Shown in pieces: positions 53,986 to 64,000 of a DNA stretch of 64,000 nt (position 1 is its first letter; each line of letters starts with the position of its first letter). The position numbers and the translations under genes are program-made. The stretch is from an uncultured Actinomycetes bacterium. Lineage in GTDB: Bacteria > Actinomycetota > Actinomycetes > Streptosporangiales > Streptosporangiaceae. The notes under the pieces were generated by a model that was not told the origin of the DNA, did not search any database, and saw only the letters and a program-made list of their open reading frames with translations. The DNA is taken from positions 6,689 to 70,688 of the forward strand of contig CAVRRQ010000012.1 in NCBI GenBank assembly GCA_963723595.1. Direction: 5' to 3'.

Positions 53986-55443
53986 CCGGGCCCGCAGCGC
54001 CGCGGGCAGCAGCTCATCCGGGAAATCCTGGTAGGTGACCGGGATCAGCCAGCGGCGGATCGCGGTCGCGCCGACCGACGTGTAGTGCGGGCTCGTGGTG
54101 GCGGGGAACGGGCCGCCGTGGTGCTGGGCCCAGGTCACGGCGACGCCGGTGGGCCAGCCGTTCCAGATCACCCGGCCCACGGTGCGGGTGAGCACGTCGG
54201 CCACCGGCGCGGCGGCGCTCAGGTCGGCGGCGGATCCCGGGTCGGCGTGGATGCTGCCGGCCAGGTTGCCGCCGAGACGGGCCAGCACCGGCAGCAGCGG
54301 CGTCCACGGACGGGTAGGTGATGACCAGCCCGGCCGGCCCGAACCGCTCCTCGGCCAGGTCCGGCAGCCCGGCCGCGAAGTCGTCCAGGCTGGTCAGGAA
54401 CGCCTGCGGGGTGGCGGCCCACGGGCCCTCACCGGGCTGCCCGGTGGCCAGCGGGGTGACCGCGGGGTGGCTGGCCAGCGCCGCCGCCGCCGGCGTCGTA
54501 CGACTCGTGGATCCGCTCGGACAGCATCGGGGCGCCGGTGGTGGCCTGGACCGCGCCGGCGAGGGCGGTGCGCAGGCCTTCGTCGTCGGGGATGAACAGC
54601 AGCCCCGGGTTGGTGCAGAACTGCCCGGCGCCGAGGGTGAGCGACCCGGCGTAGCCGGTGGCGGTCTCGGCGGCACGGGCCGCGGCCGCACCGGGCAGGA
54701 CCACGGCCGGGTTGACCGAGCCCAGCTCGCCGTAGAAGGGGATCGGGACATCCCGCTCGGCGCAGATCTGCTGCAGCGCGAGGCCGCCCCGGGCGGACCC
54801 GGTGAACCCGGCCGCGGTGATCGCCGGATGGCGGAGCAGCCTGACCCCCGCGGGGACGCCATAGATCACCGCGAACGTTCCGTCCGGCGCCCCCGCCCCG
54901 GCCAGCGCCTCGTTCACGATGCGGGCGGTCGCGACCGAGGTCTGCGGGTGGCCCTCGTGCGCCTTCACCACCACCGGGCAGCCGGCCGCCAGCGCGGACG
55001 CGGTGTCGCCCCCTGCGACCGAGAACGCGAAGGGGAAGTTCGACGCCGAGAAGACCGCGACCGGGCCGACCGGCCGGACCATCCGGCGCAGCCCCGGCAC
55101 GCCCTGGGCGGGCGGGCTGGTGATCACGTCCAGGTAGCCGCCGTCCTCGAGGACGTCGGCGAACATCCGCAGCTGCCCCGTGGTCCGGGCCACCTCGCCG
55201 GTCAGCCGGGTGCTGCCCAGCGCGGTCTCGGTGTCCGCCAGCGCGGCCAGCTCACCCGCCTGGGCGTCCAGCGCACCGGCCACCGCCCTCAGCGCCGCCG
55301 CCCGGCCCGCCGGGCCCATGGCCTCCCAGCCTGCCCGGGCCGCGGCCGCCGCCTCGGCGATCGCGTCCACGGCCTGGTCGGTGGTCTCGGCAACCGGCTC
55401 CCCGGCCGGCTTGCCGGTGCGCGGGTCATATCCCTGGATCATG
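53982..55443 (-). pseudogene. aldehyde dehydrogenase, 2,5-dioxovalerate (alpha-ketoglutarate semialdehyde) dehydrogenase-like, about three frameshifts (54490, 54310, 53990)
   Basis: ATG 55443 (MIQGYDPRTGKPAGEPVAETTDQ...). FSASNFPFAFSVAGGDTASALAAGCPVVVKAHEGHP, GFTGSARGG and GAGQFCTNPG are KGSADH-type ALDH blocks. The C-terminal third continues in ORFs 54014-54862 and 53890-54288. Confidence 0.8.
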
Positions 55444-55462
55444 AACCATCCGTCCTCTGCGG

Positions 55463-56278
55463 TTACTTCAGGTGTTCCGCGTCGTAATCGGGGCGGGTGA
55501 ACTCGCCGCCCAGATAAGCGAACACCGGATCGTCCGGATCTGGTGCCCCGTGCTCCGCGATGACCTCGCCCGCGTAGTCCTCCGCGTCGTCCCGGGGCTC
55601 GTAGCCCAGGGCCCGCGCCTCGTCCAGGCTGACCCAGCCACCGCGGGTGTTGGCCGACACGCCGATAGGCCACCCGGAACCCGGGCCGCTCCGCGGTCAG
55701 GCACGCCTCGAACAGCCGGCCGGCGTCGTCCGGGGACAGCCAGGTGGACAGCATGCGCGTGGTCGCCCGGGCGCTCGAAGCAGGACAGGATGCGCAGGCA
55801 GATCGCGTCCAGGCCGTAACGGTCGTGGTACATCGACGCCAGCGCCTCCCCCGTCACCTTGGACACGCCGTAGTAGGTATCCGGCGCGGGGAACGCGTAG
55901 TCCGCGGACGGGGAACTCCGAGCGCGGGGTGAACCCGACGGCATGGTTGGACGAGGCGAAGATCACCCGGGGCACGCCCGCCCGGCGGGCCGCCTCGAAC
56001 ACGGTGTAGGTACCCTGGATGTTGATCTCGATGATCTTGTCCCAGGGGCCCTTCGCCGGACACCCCGCCCAGGTGGATGACGGCGTCCGCCCCGGCGCAG
56101 GCCTCGGTCATCGCGGCCATGTCGGTGACCGAGGCGACGACCACCTCTTCGTCCGGGCCCGGGCGAGGCGGGCGGGGTGATGTCCAGCAGGCGCAGGGTC
56201 CGGCCGGGCCGGGCCAGCCGCTTGCGCAGCATGGACCCGATCCGGCCGGAACCGCCGGTGATGACGATGATCGGCACG
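55463..56278 (-). pseudogene. udh: uronate dehydrogenase-like NAD-dependent epimerase/dehydratase family protein, about five frameshifts
   Basis: Pieced together from six ORF fragments: PIIVITGGSGRIGSMLRKRL...LLDI / DEEVVVASVTDMAAMTEACAGADAVIHLGGVSGEGP / WDKIIEINIQGTYTVFEAARRAGVPRVIFASSNHAVGFTPRSE / YGVSKVTGEALASMYHDRYGLDAICLRILSCFERP / RMLSTWLSPDDAGRLFEACL / GVSANTRGGWVSLDEARALGYEPRDDAE. The result is collinear with Agrobacterium Udh (ASSNH, YGVSK, RMLSTW). Confidence 0.75.
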
Positions 56279-56539
56279 GCAGTCGAGCTTACGCGGCGAG
56301 CGCCCTCCTTACACGGGCGGTGCGGTAGCGGGTGATCAGATCGCGTCCCGGTCTCCTTTGACGGCCTCGCCGGCGACAACCGCGGCCGATCCGCGCTCCC
56401 CCGGCTGATCCTGCGGCTGCCGCGGCGACCTACCGCGCCTTCCTCCCGGACGCTCTGGCCAAAGGCCGCTACGTCGCCGCCGCGAAGGTCGTCGTCACCC
56501 TCCCGTAGCGGCCCGCCGGACCGCGGGGCGGGCGGGTGG

Positions 56540-56790
56540 CGCCAGCGGGTGAGGACCGGGCCTGCGTAGCCCCTGTTTCCCTCGCTTCGCCCGGCCGCCC
56601 AGAGTCTGGCGACACACTCGGCTGATCCGCAGGTCTCCCGGATAGCCGGGGCACCGCACGCGCACTTCCGGATCCGGGCACGGATCCAGGCGTCGTAAAG
56701 GAGTAGCTCGGTGCCCACGGTCACCACGCGCCGGATACGGCCATCGGACATGAGCAGCCACTCGGCGGGACGCATCTCCAGATCAGGCAT
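56540..56790 (-). CDS. hypothetical small protein (3' end undefined)
   Basis: ATG 56790 gives MPDLEMRPAEWLLMSDGRIRRVVTVGTELLLYDAWIRARIRKCACGAPAIRETCGSAECVARLW... The composition is protein-like and the region has lower GC. The frame has no stop until 55963, so the end is unknown. Confidence 0.3.
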
Positions 56791-56858
56791 AGCTAGCTTC
56801 CTACGAGCGGGGTCAACTCTCCTAGTTTCGCTCTTCCGGGGAACGGAGTACAACCGGT

Positions 56859-57140
56859 CTACTTCAGCGGCTCGACGCTGAGCACCGCGGGGTCCCCGGC
56901 CTGCTCGGTTACCTGGACCGCGCTGCCCACCGGGAACCTCGCGATCGCGGGGACGGCCATCGTGGTCCCGATGACCGCGCTGGGGACGCCCCGGTCCCCG
57001 CTGGTGACCCGGACCAGGACCTTCCCGGGCTGGTTGCCGGTCACGGTTCCGGTTAACCGGCGGACAGCATTCGTGCGCGTGGCCTGCCCGGCCGGGTCAG
57101 CGTCCCGGCCGAAACTGAACGGGCCGATGCGGAATCCCAT
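56859..57140 (-). CDS. hypothetical protein (93 aa)
   Basis: ATG 57140 gives MGFRIGPFSFGRDADPAGQATRTNAVRRLTGTVTGNQPGKVLVRVTSGDRG...LSVEPLK. The N-terminal MGFRxGPF is reminiscent of DUF4236-type proteins. Confidence 0.45.
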   Translation of the reverse strand: MGFRIGPFSFGRDADPAGQATRTNAVRRLTGTVTGNQPGKVLVRVTSGDRGVPSAVIGTTMAVPAIARFPVGSAVQVTEQAGDPAVLSVEPLK

Positions 57141-57283
57141 TCTCAAGTCACCCCACTGCTGCGGGCCAGGCGTCGCGGACCTTGTCTTCCGGCACGTTTT
57201 AGACGGCCAGCAGCGCAAAAACGATTACCCGCAGGCGAAGGCTCCCGGGGGCACCCGGGAGCCTTCGCGCGCTTCCCCACCGG

Positions 57284-58444
57284 CTACCGGAGCGGCCCGC
57301 CCGGGCTAGCCGGGCGGGGGTGCCAGTCACCCAGGTAGGCGGCCACCGTGTAGCTGGCGGCCTGGGCGGCGGTGAGCTGCGGGACGTCGGCGGCGGCCGC
57401 CGATCCCGGTCCGGTGTTCTGGTACTCGTAGAACCGGGCGTCCTGCCACGGGAACGGCGGGCTGGACCAGTTCTGCCACTGCCCGGCGTTGATGGCCGCC
57501 GGCAGGTAGGTGCCGCGGATGGTGATCTGGCCGACCGGGGTGGTCACCCCGGTGTGCTGCCAGGGCCGGGCCAGGTAGTAGCTGCCCGCGGCCAGGTTCC
57601 CGGCGGAGTTGATGATGCGGCTGCCGGTGATCAGGTAACCGTAGGGCTGCTCCAGGCCGGTGTCCGGGGCGCTGACGGTCCCACCGGGGTGGCCGAGGAT
57701 GTCGATCGTGTCCCGGTCGAACACGGCGGTGCCCGACCCGCACAGGAAGTTGACCTGGCCGCTGATGTAGTCGTCGTAGTAGAGCTGCCGGGCGGGCGGC
57801 GGTGCGGCCGAGCCCGGCGGGGACGTGGCGGGCGGCCCCCCGGGGCCGAAGCACTCCGCGGGCGTGAACGGGTCCGCGTAGGAGCTGGCGAACACGGTGT
57901 CCTGGATGCCGAGCAGCCGATCGCGGGCGAACACCACCCGGTCGGCCACGGTCTTCACCGCCACCGCCTGCGGGGAGGTGATCTGCGGGTTGGCCGCGGG
58001 ATCGAAGGAGTTCTGCACCGTGATGCCGTAGGCGGAGAACCCGTCCCCGGCGACCGACAGGGTGGCGCTGCAGTCGGTGCCGTACTGGTTCCCGTTCGGC
58101 GCGATCGTGCCGTGCGCGATGTCGTCCACCAGGATGACGTCGGCGGGGCTCCCGGTCGCGCCGGCCAGGGTGATGCCCGGCTTGGAGGCCGGCACGTAGA
58201 CCTGGCCCCAGTAGGTGCCCGGCTCGATGACGATGGTCACCGGGCCGCGGCCGGGCGGCACCGCGTCCACGGCCGCCTGGACGCTGGCGAAGTGCCCCGG
58301 CCGCCCGTCCTGCCCGACGATCAGCACCCTGGGCCGTGAGCCCGGGCGGCCGGTGCCCGCAGCGGCCGCTCCCGGGACGATCAGGGCCGCTAACGCCACT
58401 GCGGCGAAAGCAGCCGCCACGGCCCGGGGGGTCAGGCGCCTCAT
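57284..58444 (-). CDS. pectinesterase (CE8), secreted
   Basis: 386 aa with a signal peptide. SPQAVAVKT, GIQDTVF, GQVNFLCGSG (the DFIFG equivalent) and YLARPW (the LGRPW equivalent) are the CE8 blocks. Confidence 0.88.
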   Translation of the reverse strand: MRRLTPRAVAAAFAAVALAALIVPGAAAAGTGRPGSRPRVLIVGQDGRPGHFASVQAAVDAVPPGRGPVTIVIEPGTYWGQVYVPASKPGITLAGATGSPADVILVDDIAHGTIAPNGNQYGTDCSATLSVAGDGFSAYGITVQNSFDPAANPQITSPQAVAVKTVADRVVFARDRLLGIQDTVFASSYADPFTPAECFGPGGPPATSPPGSAAPPPARQLYYDDYISGQVNFLCGSGTAVFDRDTIDILGHPGGTVSAPDTGLEQPYGYLITGSRIINSAGNLAAGSYYLARPWQHTGVTTPVGQITIRGTYLPAAINAGQWQNWSSPPFPWQDARFYEYQNTGPGSAAAADVPQLTAAQAASYTVAAYLGDWHPRPASPGGPLR

Positions 58445-59865
58445 GACGTCACCGGCGTTCCGCCGACGGTGACGTCCTCGACCACGAGGTTGGACACGTA
58501 CTGCGCGGAGTTGGCGGCGGTCAAGGTGGTAATGGTGAGGTCGTCCAGGGTGACGGTGCCGACCGGGTCGGCCGCGGACGCGCCGATCAGGGACCAGATC
58601 CCGGCGCAGGTGTCCACCGTCCAGTCGGCCAGCGTGATGCCGGTGATGTCCGGCGGGAAGTCGCCGGTCTGGGCGTTGTAGTTACCCTGGATCAGCAGCA
58701 ACGGGCCGCCGACCGTGCCGGCCGTGATCCGGTACACGTTGCTGTTCAGGGCGTAGCCGCCGCGCAGCGTGTTCGTCTTGATCCGGTGCCCGGCCTGCAG
58801 GTTGGCGCTGTTCATGGTGAGGTCCCGGGCGTAGACGTTCTTGACCCCGCCGGTCATCTCGCTGCCGATGGTGATGCCGCCATGCCCGTTGGCGAAGGTG
58901 CAGTTCTGGATGACCAGGTTCTGGCTGGGCACGTTCACCCGGCGCCCGTCGGCGTCCCGGCCGGACTTGATCGCGATGCAGTCGTCGCCGGTGTTGAACG
59001 TGACCCCGTCGATGACCACGCCGTCGCAGGACTCCGGGTCACAGCCGTCGGTGTTCGGGCCGGAGGAGCTGATCGAGACGCCCTCGACGGTGACGTTGTA
59101 GCACAGGTTCGGGTTCAGGTGCCAGAACGGCGAGTTGATGATGCTGACACCCTGGATGAGCACGGTGTCGGTGAGGAACGGCTGGATCATCTGCGGCGGC
59201 AGGTAGTGCCCGGGGCCGAACACCCGCTGCGCGACCGGGACGTTGTCGTCGGCCATCGTCTCCAGCAGGTCGAAGTCGGGGGTCTCGAGGGTCTTCCAGT
59301 TCCACCAGTGGTTCGCGTCGGCCTGGCCGTTGAGCGTGCCCTGCCCGGTGATCGCGATGTTGCGCTGGCCGCAGGAGTAGATGGGCGGCGAGTAGTTCAT
59401 CAGCTCGATGCCCTGCCACCGGGTGAAGACCACCGGCAGGTAGGCGTTGGGGTCCTGGCTGAACAGGATCGTCGAGCCGGACTCCAGGTGCAGGTCGACG
59501 TAGCTGAGCAGGTGGATCGCGCCGGTGAAGAACTGGCCGGGCGGCACGATCACGTGGCCTCCCCCGGCCCGGTTGCAGGCGGCGATGGCGGCGGCGAACG
59601 CCTGGGTGCAGTCGGTGGTGCCGTCCCCGACGGCACCGAACCGGGTGACCGGGAAGACCCGGCCCGGGAAGCGGGGCCGCCGCACCGAGGCCACGATGCG
59701 GTCGGCGGCCAGGTCAGCGTGCCCGTGCTGACCGGCACCGGACCGCTGGGATCGGCCCGCCGCGCTGGCGGGCAGGGCGCCGGACCAGAGCGGGCTGGTT
59801 AAGGCACCTGCCCCGGCGAGGGCTGAGTAGCGGAGCAGGGCACGGCGATTGAACTCGTTCGACAT
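58441..59865 (-). CDS. GH28 family glycoside hydrolase (exo-polygalacturonase-like), TAT-secreted
   Basis: 474 aa. TAT signal NRRALLRYSALAGAGAL. NTDGCDP, GDDCIAIKSG, GHGGITIGSE and RIKTN are the GH28 blocks. The stop overlaps the pectinesterase start (ATGA). Confidence 0.9.
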   Translation of the reverse strand: MSNEFNRRALLRYSALAGAGALTSPLWSGALPASAAGRSQRSGAGQHGHADLAADRIVASVRRPRFPGRVFPVTRFGAVGDGTTDCTQAFAAAIAACNRAGGGHVIVPPGQFFTGAIHLLSYVDLHLESGSTILFSQDPNAYLPVVFTRWQGIELMNYSPPIYSCGQRNIAITGQGTLNGQADANHWWNWKTLETPDFDLLETMADDNVPVAQRVFGPGHYLPPQMIQPFLTDTVLIQGVSIINSPFWHLNPNLCYNVTVEGVSISSSGPNTDGCDPESCDGVVIDGVTFNTGDDCIAIKSGRDADGRRVNVPSQNLVIQNCTFANGHGGITIGSEMTGGVKNVYARDLTMNSANLQAGHRIKTNTLRGGYALNSNVYRITAGTVGGPLLLIQGNYNAQTGDFPPDITGITLADWTVDTCAGIWSLIGASAADPVGTVTLDDLTITTLTAANSAQYVSNLVVEDVTVGGTPVTS

Positions 59866-59887
59866 TGAACTACCTCTCTTGTCGGCT

Positions 59888-59926
59888 GGCGAGGCGGGGC
59901 GCGCCGGAGGCGTGTCCCTCCGAGCC
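59888..59926. repeat. GC-rich dispersed repeat, copy 1 (in the GH28 5' leader)
   Basis: GGCGAGGCGGGGCGCGCCGGAGGCGTGTCCCTCCGAGCC is identical to 61799-61838 apart from one T/TT length difference. It contains the hairpin CGGAGG-N-CCCTCCG. Confidence 0.85.
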
Positions 59927-60078
59927 AGCGACTCCGGGGGTTCCAGGGGGTCGTCCCCTGGGTCAGCAGGGTGAGTGGGGTTACTCCGGTGGTTAAGGTG
60001 GTGCCGATGGTGAGTGTGGTGCTGGTAGGTGGGGTGGGGGTGACGGTGGGTAGTGGGTGACGGTGCGGGGGAGCCGCG

Positions 60079-61953
<1,875 letters not shown>

Positions 61954-61957
<4 letters not shown>

Positions 61958-62892
61958 AGCTGGTCTCCCTGGGCGTCCAGGCCCCAGCTGGCCAGGATCT
62001 TGCCAATCTCACCGCGGATCTCGTCGGGCAGCAGGCGGCTGGGCGGCCGGACGTCCCGGCGGGCCAGTCCCAGCTGGGCCAGGGCCTCCTTGACCACGCT
62101 CACGTTGTCCGCGGAAGAGTCCGCGGCCCGCAGTTCCTCGAAGGTGCGGCATTCGGCCCACAGCCGCAGGGCCCCCGGGTGGTCACCGGCCTGCAGCGCC
62201 TCCAGCATGCCGACCGAGATGCGCGGGGCCACGTTGGCCAGCCCGGAGGTGAAGCCCCGCGCCCCGTATGCCCAGCAGCCGGGCGCGGTCAGCTCGGCCA
62301 GCCCGGCCAGCCAGGTGAACCGGGCCAGGCCGGCGTCCCGGGCCACCCCGGCGAATCCCACCATGTCGCGTACCCCGTACTTGACCCCGACGACGTTCGG
62401 GCACTGCTTCCCGAGCCTGCGGATGTGCCGCCCGCTGATCTTGGGGTCGCGGATGTACAGCACCACGCCCATGTCGGGCACGGCCTCGGCGATGGCCGCG
62501 TGGTAATCCACCCAGCCGTCGGCCGACAGATAGGGGCTGACCGGCTGGTGGATCATGATCATGCGGGCCCCCGCCGCGCGGGCGTGGGTCGCCGAGCTGA
62601 TCGCGGTGGCGATGTCGTGGCCCACGCCGGCCAGGACCTCCGCGCGGCCCCGGACGGCGCGGATGGCGGACTCGGTGGCGGCCCGGGTCTCCTCGGCCGT
62701 CAGGGTGTAGAACTCCCCGGTGTTGCCGTTGGGGGTGACCAGGGTGATCCCGTTCTCGACCAGGCGGCCGATGAGCCGCGCGTGGCAGTCCCAGTCGGGG
62801 GCACCGTCCGGGCCGAACGGGGTGACCGGGACGGCGGCCACGGTCGCGAGGATCTCCAGGAACTCGTCGGTGACGGCCGGGTCAATCTGCAT
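61954..62892 (-). CDS. dihydrodipicolinate synthase (DapA) family protein, probable 2-keto-3-deoxy sugar-acid dehydratase/aldolase
   Basis: 312 aa. VTPFGPDG...LVTPNGNTGEFYTL (GxxGE) and VVGVKYG (Schiff-base Lys). It lies next to the IlvD/Edd and KGSADH genes. Confidence 0.8.
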
Positions 62893-63694
62893 CGGTGCTC
62901 CATTCGGTGGCGGGCGCCGGGGCGCCGCGGACTGGCTCAGGGAAATGCCGGCCCGCGAAACCGGCGATGTGCGCGTGGAGCAGGGCCGCGGCCTCGTCGG
63001 CCGCGCCGCCGCGTGCCGCGGCCAGGATGGCCCGGTGCTCGGCCGCCTCCTGCTGCCATGACGCGCCCTGCTTCCAGGACAGCACGGACACCAGCGCGGT
63101 CTGGTCGCGCAGGTCGTCGAGGGTCTTCACCAGCAGGCTGTTGCCGCAGGCCAGGTACAGGGCGCGGTGGAACTCCCGGTTGGCCAGGCTGCGCTGGGCC
63201 TGGTCGGCCGCGGCGTCCGAGACGGCCAGGGCGGCCTGGGCGGCCGCCCAGAGACCGGCGGCCGGCCCGGCAGGCCCGGCGGGTCCGTCCGGGCCGCCCT
63301 GATCCACGCCCGCCTGCACAGCCCGGCGGACGCCCTCCGGCTCCAGCAGGAGCCGCAGGTCGTAGATCGCGGCCGCGCTGGCCGGGTCGATGGCCCGGAC
63401 CGTGGCCCCCCGGTAGGCGCTCATCGTGACCAGGCCCGCGCCCGCCAGGGTCTTCAGCGCCTCGCGGACCGGGGTCTTGGACACGCCGAGCAGCTGGGCC
63501 AGCTCCGTCTCCACCAGGCCCTGCCCGGGACGCAGTTCACCGGCCAGGATCGCGTGCTTGATGGCGTCCAGGACCGCCTCGGTGCGCGAGGGAGCCGCCC
63601 CGGTAGAACCGTTGAGGAAACTGCGGGCCGGCGGGGTCATGGCGGTGCTCACCGGGAACCCCCGCCCGCGCGTGGCCTCGTTCGCATACGGCAT
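62882..63694 (-). CDS. GntR family (FCD) transcriptional regulator
   Basis: LRPGQGLVETELAQLLGVSKTPVREALKTLAGAGLVTMSAYRGATV is the HTH; an FCD domain follows. Start is 63694 or ATG 63640. It overlaps the DapA-family start by 11 nt. Confidence 0.85.
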   Translation of the reverse strand: MPYANEATRGRGFPVSTAMTPPARSFLNGSTGAAPSRTEAVLDAIKHAILAGELRPGQGLVETELAQLLGVSKTPVREALKTLAGAGLVTMSAYRGATVRAIDPASAAAIYDLRLLLEPEGVRRAVQAGVDQGGPDGPAGPAGPAAGLWAAAQAALAVSDAAADQAQRSLANREFHRALYLACGNSLLVKTLDDLRDQTALVSVLSWKQGASWQQEAAEHRAILAAARGGAADEAAALLHAHIAGFAGRHFPEPVRGAPAPATEWSTDAD

Positions 63695-63772
63695 CTCATA
63701 TATGACTGACTCTACGAGGCGGGCCCCGCACCGTCAACGGGACCCCGCCCAGCCCGGACCGGGTCGGGCGGG

Positions 63773-64000
63773 TCAGCCGGACTTGCGGGCGACCCCGCCC
63801 CACATGGCGGCCTTCCGGGAGCCCTCGACCTCGGAATCCTGCCGCCAGTGCTGCACCGGGACGACCCCGGGCTCGACCAGGCCGAGCCCGGCGAAGAAGT
63901 CCGCCACCTCGGCCTGGCTGCGGTAGGAGCCCTTCTGGGCGAGCAGCCGGTTGAGCCGCTTGCCCATCTCGGCCATCTTCTCCGGCTCGATGTCCGAGGC
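63773..64000 (-). CDS. SAM-dependent methyltransferase (actinobacterial PF04672-like), 5' end outside the window
   Basis: The C-terminal segment ...RSQAEVADFFAGLGLVEPGVVPVQHWRQDSE...WGGVARKSG* is typical of this family. The ORF is open to the window edge. Confidence 0.6.
   Translation of the reverse strand, partial: ASDIEPEKMAEMGKRLNRLLAQKGSYRSQAEVADFFAGLGLVEPGVVPVQHWRQDSEVEGSRKAAMWGGVARKSG

Noticed and set aside
56279-57283. A prophage or mobile-element remnant suggested by lower GC and small orphan ORFs between udh and the pectinesterase gene.
   Set aside because: No integrase, transposase, terminal inverted repeats, att-like direct repeats or tRNA were found. The small ORFs have no recognisable phage signatures. 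The region is reported only as hypothetical ORFs.
59866-60078. A His-rich N-terminal extension of the TAT-exported GH28 protein, since the region is in frame and open upstream of ATG 59865.
   Set aside because: There is no ATG, GTG or TTG in that frame upstream. The twin-arginine signal starts right after ATG 59865, and the segment overlaps a repeat that is non-coding elsewhere.

Overview
Very GC-rich actinobacterial chromosomal segment (by eye above 70 % G+C, with G/C at almost every third codon position). I saw no rRNA, tRNA, CRISPR array, transposase or integrase.

Gene content, left to right:
- 0-6.7 kb: housekeeping and miscellaneous genes (FAD oxidoreductase, PEP-mutase-family protein, PhyH-like dioxygenase, a pair of double-YbjQ-domain proteins, a 57-aa ORF missing from the ORF track, map).
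- 6.7-16.2 kb: a co-directional minus-strand cell-envelope block. It holds an ArsR regulator, a small membrane protein, a stand-alone sensor-domain protein, two MMPL transporters, an accessory membrane protein, a Pro-rich anchored protein and a mycosin-like S8 protease.
- 16.3-18.0 kb: histidine phosphatase, MpaB, CutA.
- 18.1-25.4 kb: a GntR-controlled FAH plus LIV-type ABC operon.
- 25.3-31.4 kb: lipoprotein, esterase, fused E1 alpha/beta, an AAA+ ATPase and a VapC remnant.
- 31.4-37.3 kb: protocatechuate branch of the beta-ketoadipate pathway (pcaB, C, I, J, H, G, D).
- 37.5-39.3 kb: SigE-family ECF sigma factor plus a membrane partner.
- 39.4-48.8 kb: GABA/beta-alanine-type catabolism (gabT, mmsA, a class-III aminotransferase, PucR), interrupted by a DUF72 gene and a Tet(X)-like monooxygenase/TetR pair.
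- 49.2-63.7 kb: a pectin/uronate island. It holds two GH28 enzymes, a CE8 pectinesterase, a deleted PL4 lyase, Udh, KGSADH, an IlvD/Edd dehydratase, a DapA-family enzyme and a GntR regulator.

The most striking property is about 35 single-base frame disruptions by my reading. They are strongly clustered at 18-29 kb and 52.8-56.3 kb and sit in otherwise well-conserved genes. Several genuine gene remnants are also present (VapC, SGNH hydrolase, PL4 lyase, nucleotidyltransferase).

Non-coding structure includes:
- a roughly 70-bp palindromic element in three copies;
- a 15/16-bp x4 tandem array in front of pcaI;
- a GC-rich repeat shared by a GH28 leader and the 5' end of the IlvD/Edd ORF;
- twin TetR operators.

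All functional calls come from reading the translations. No database search was possible.
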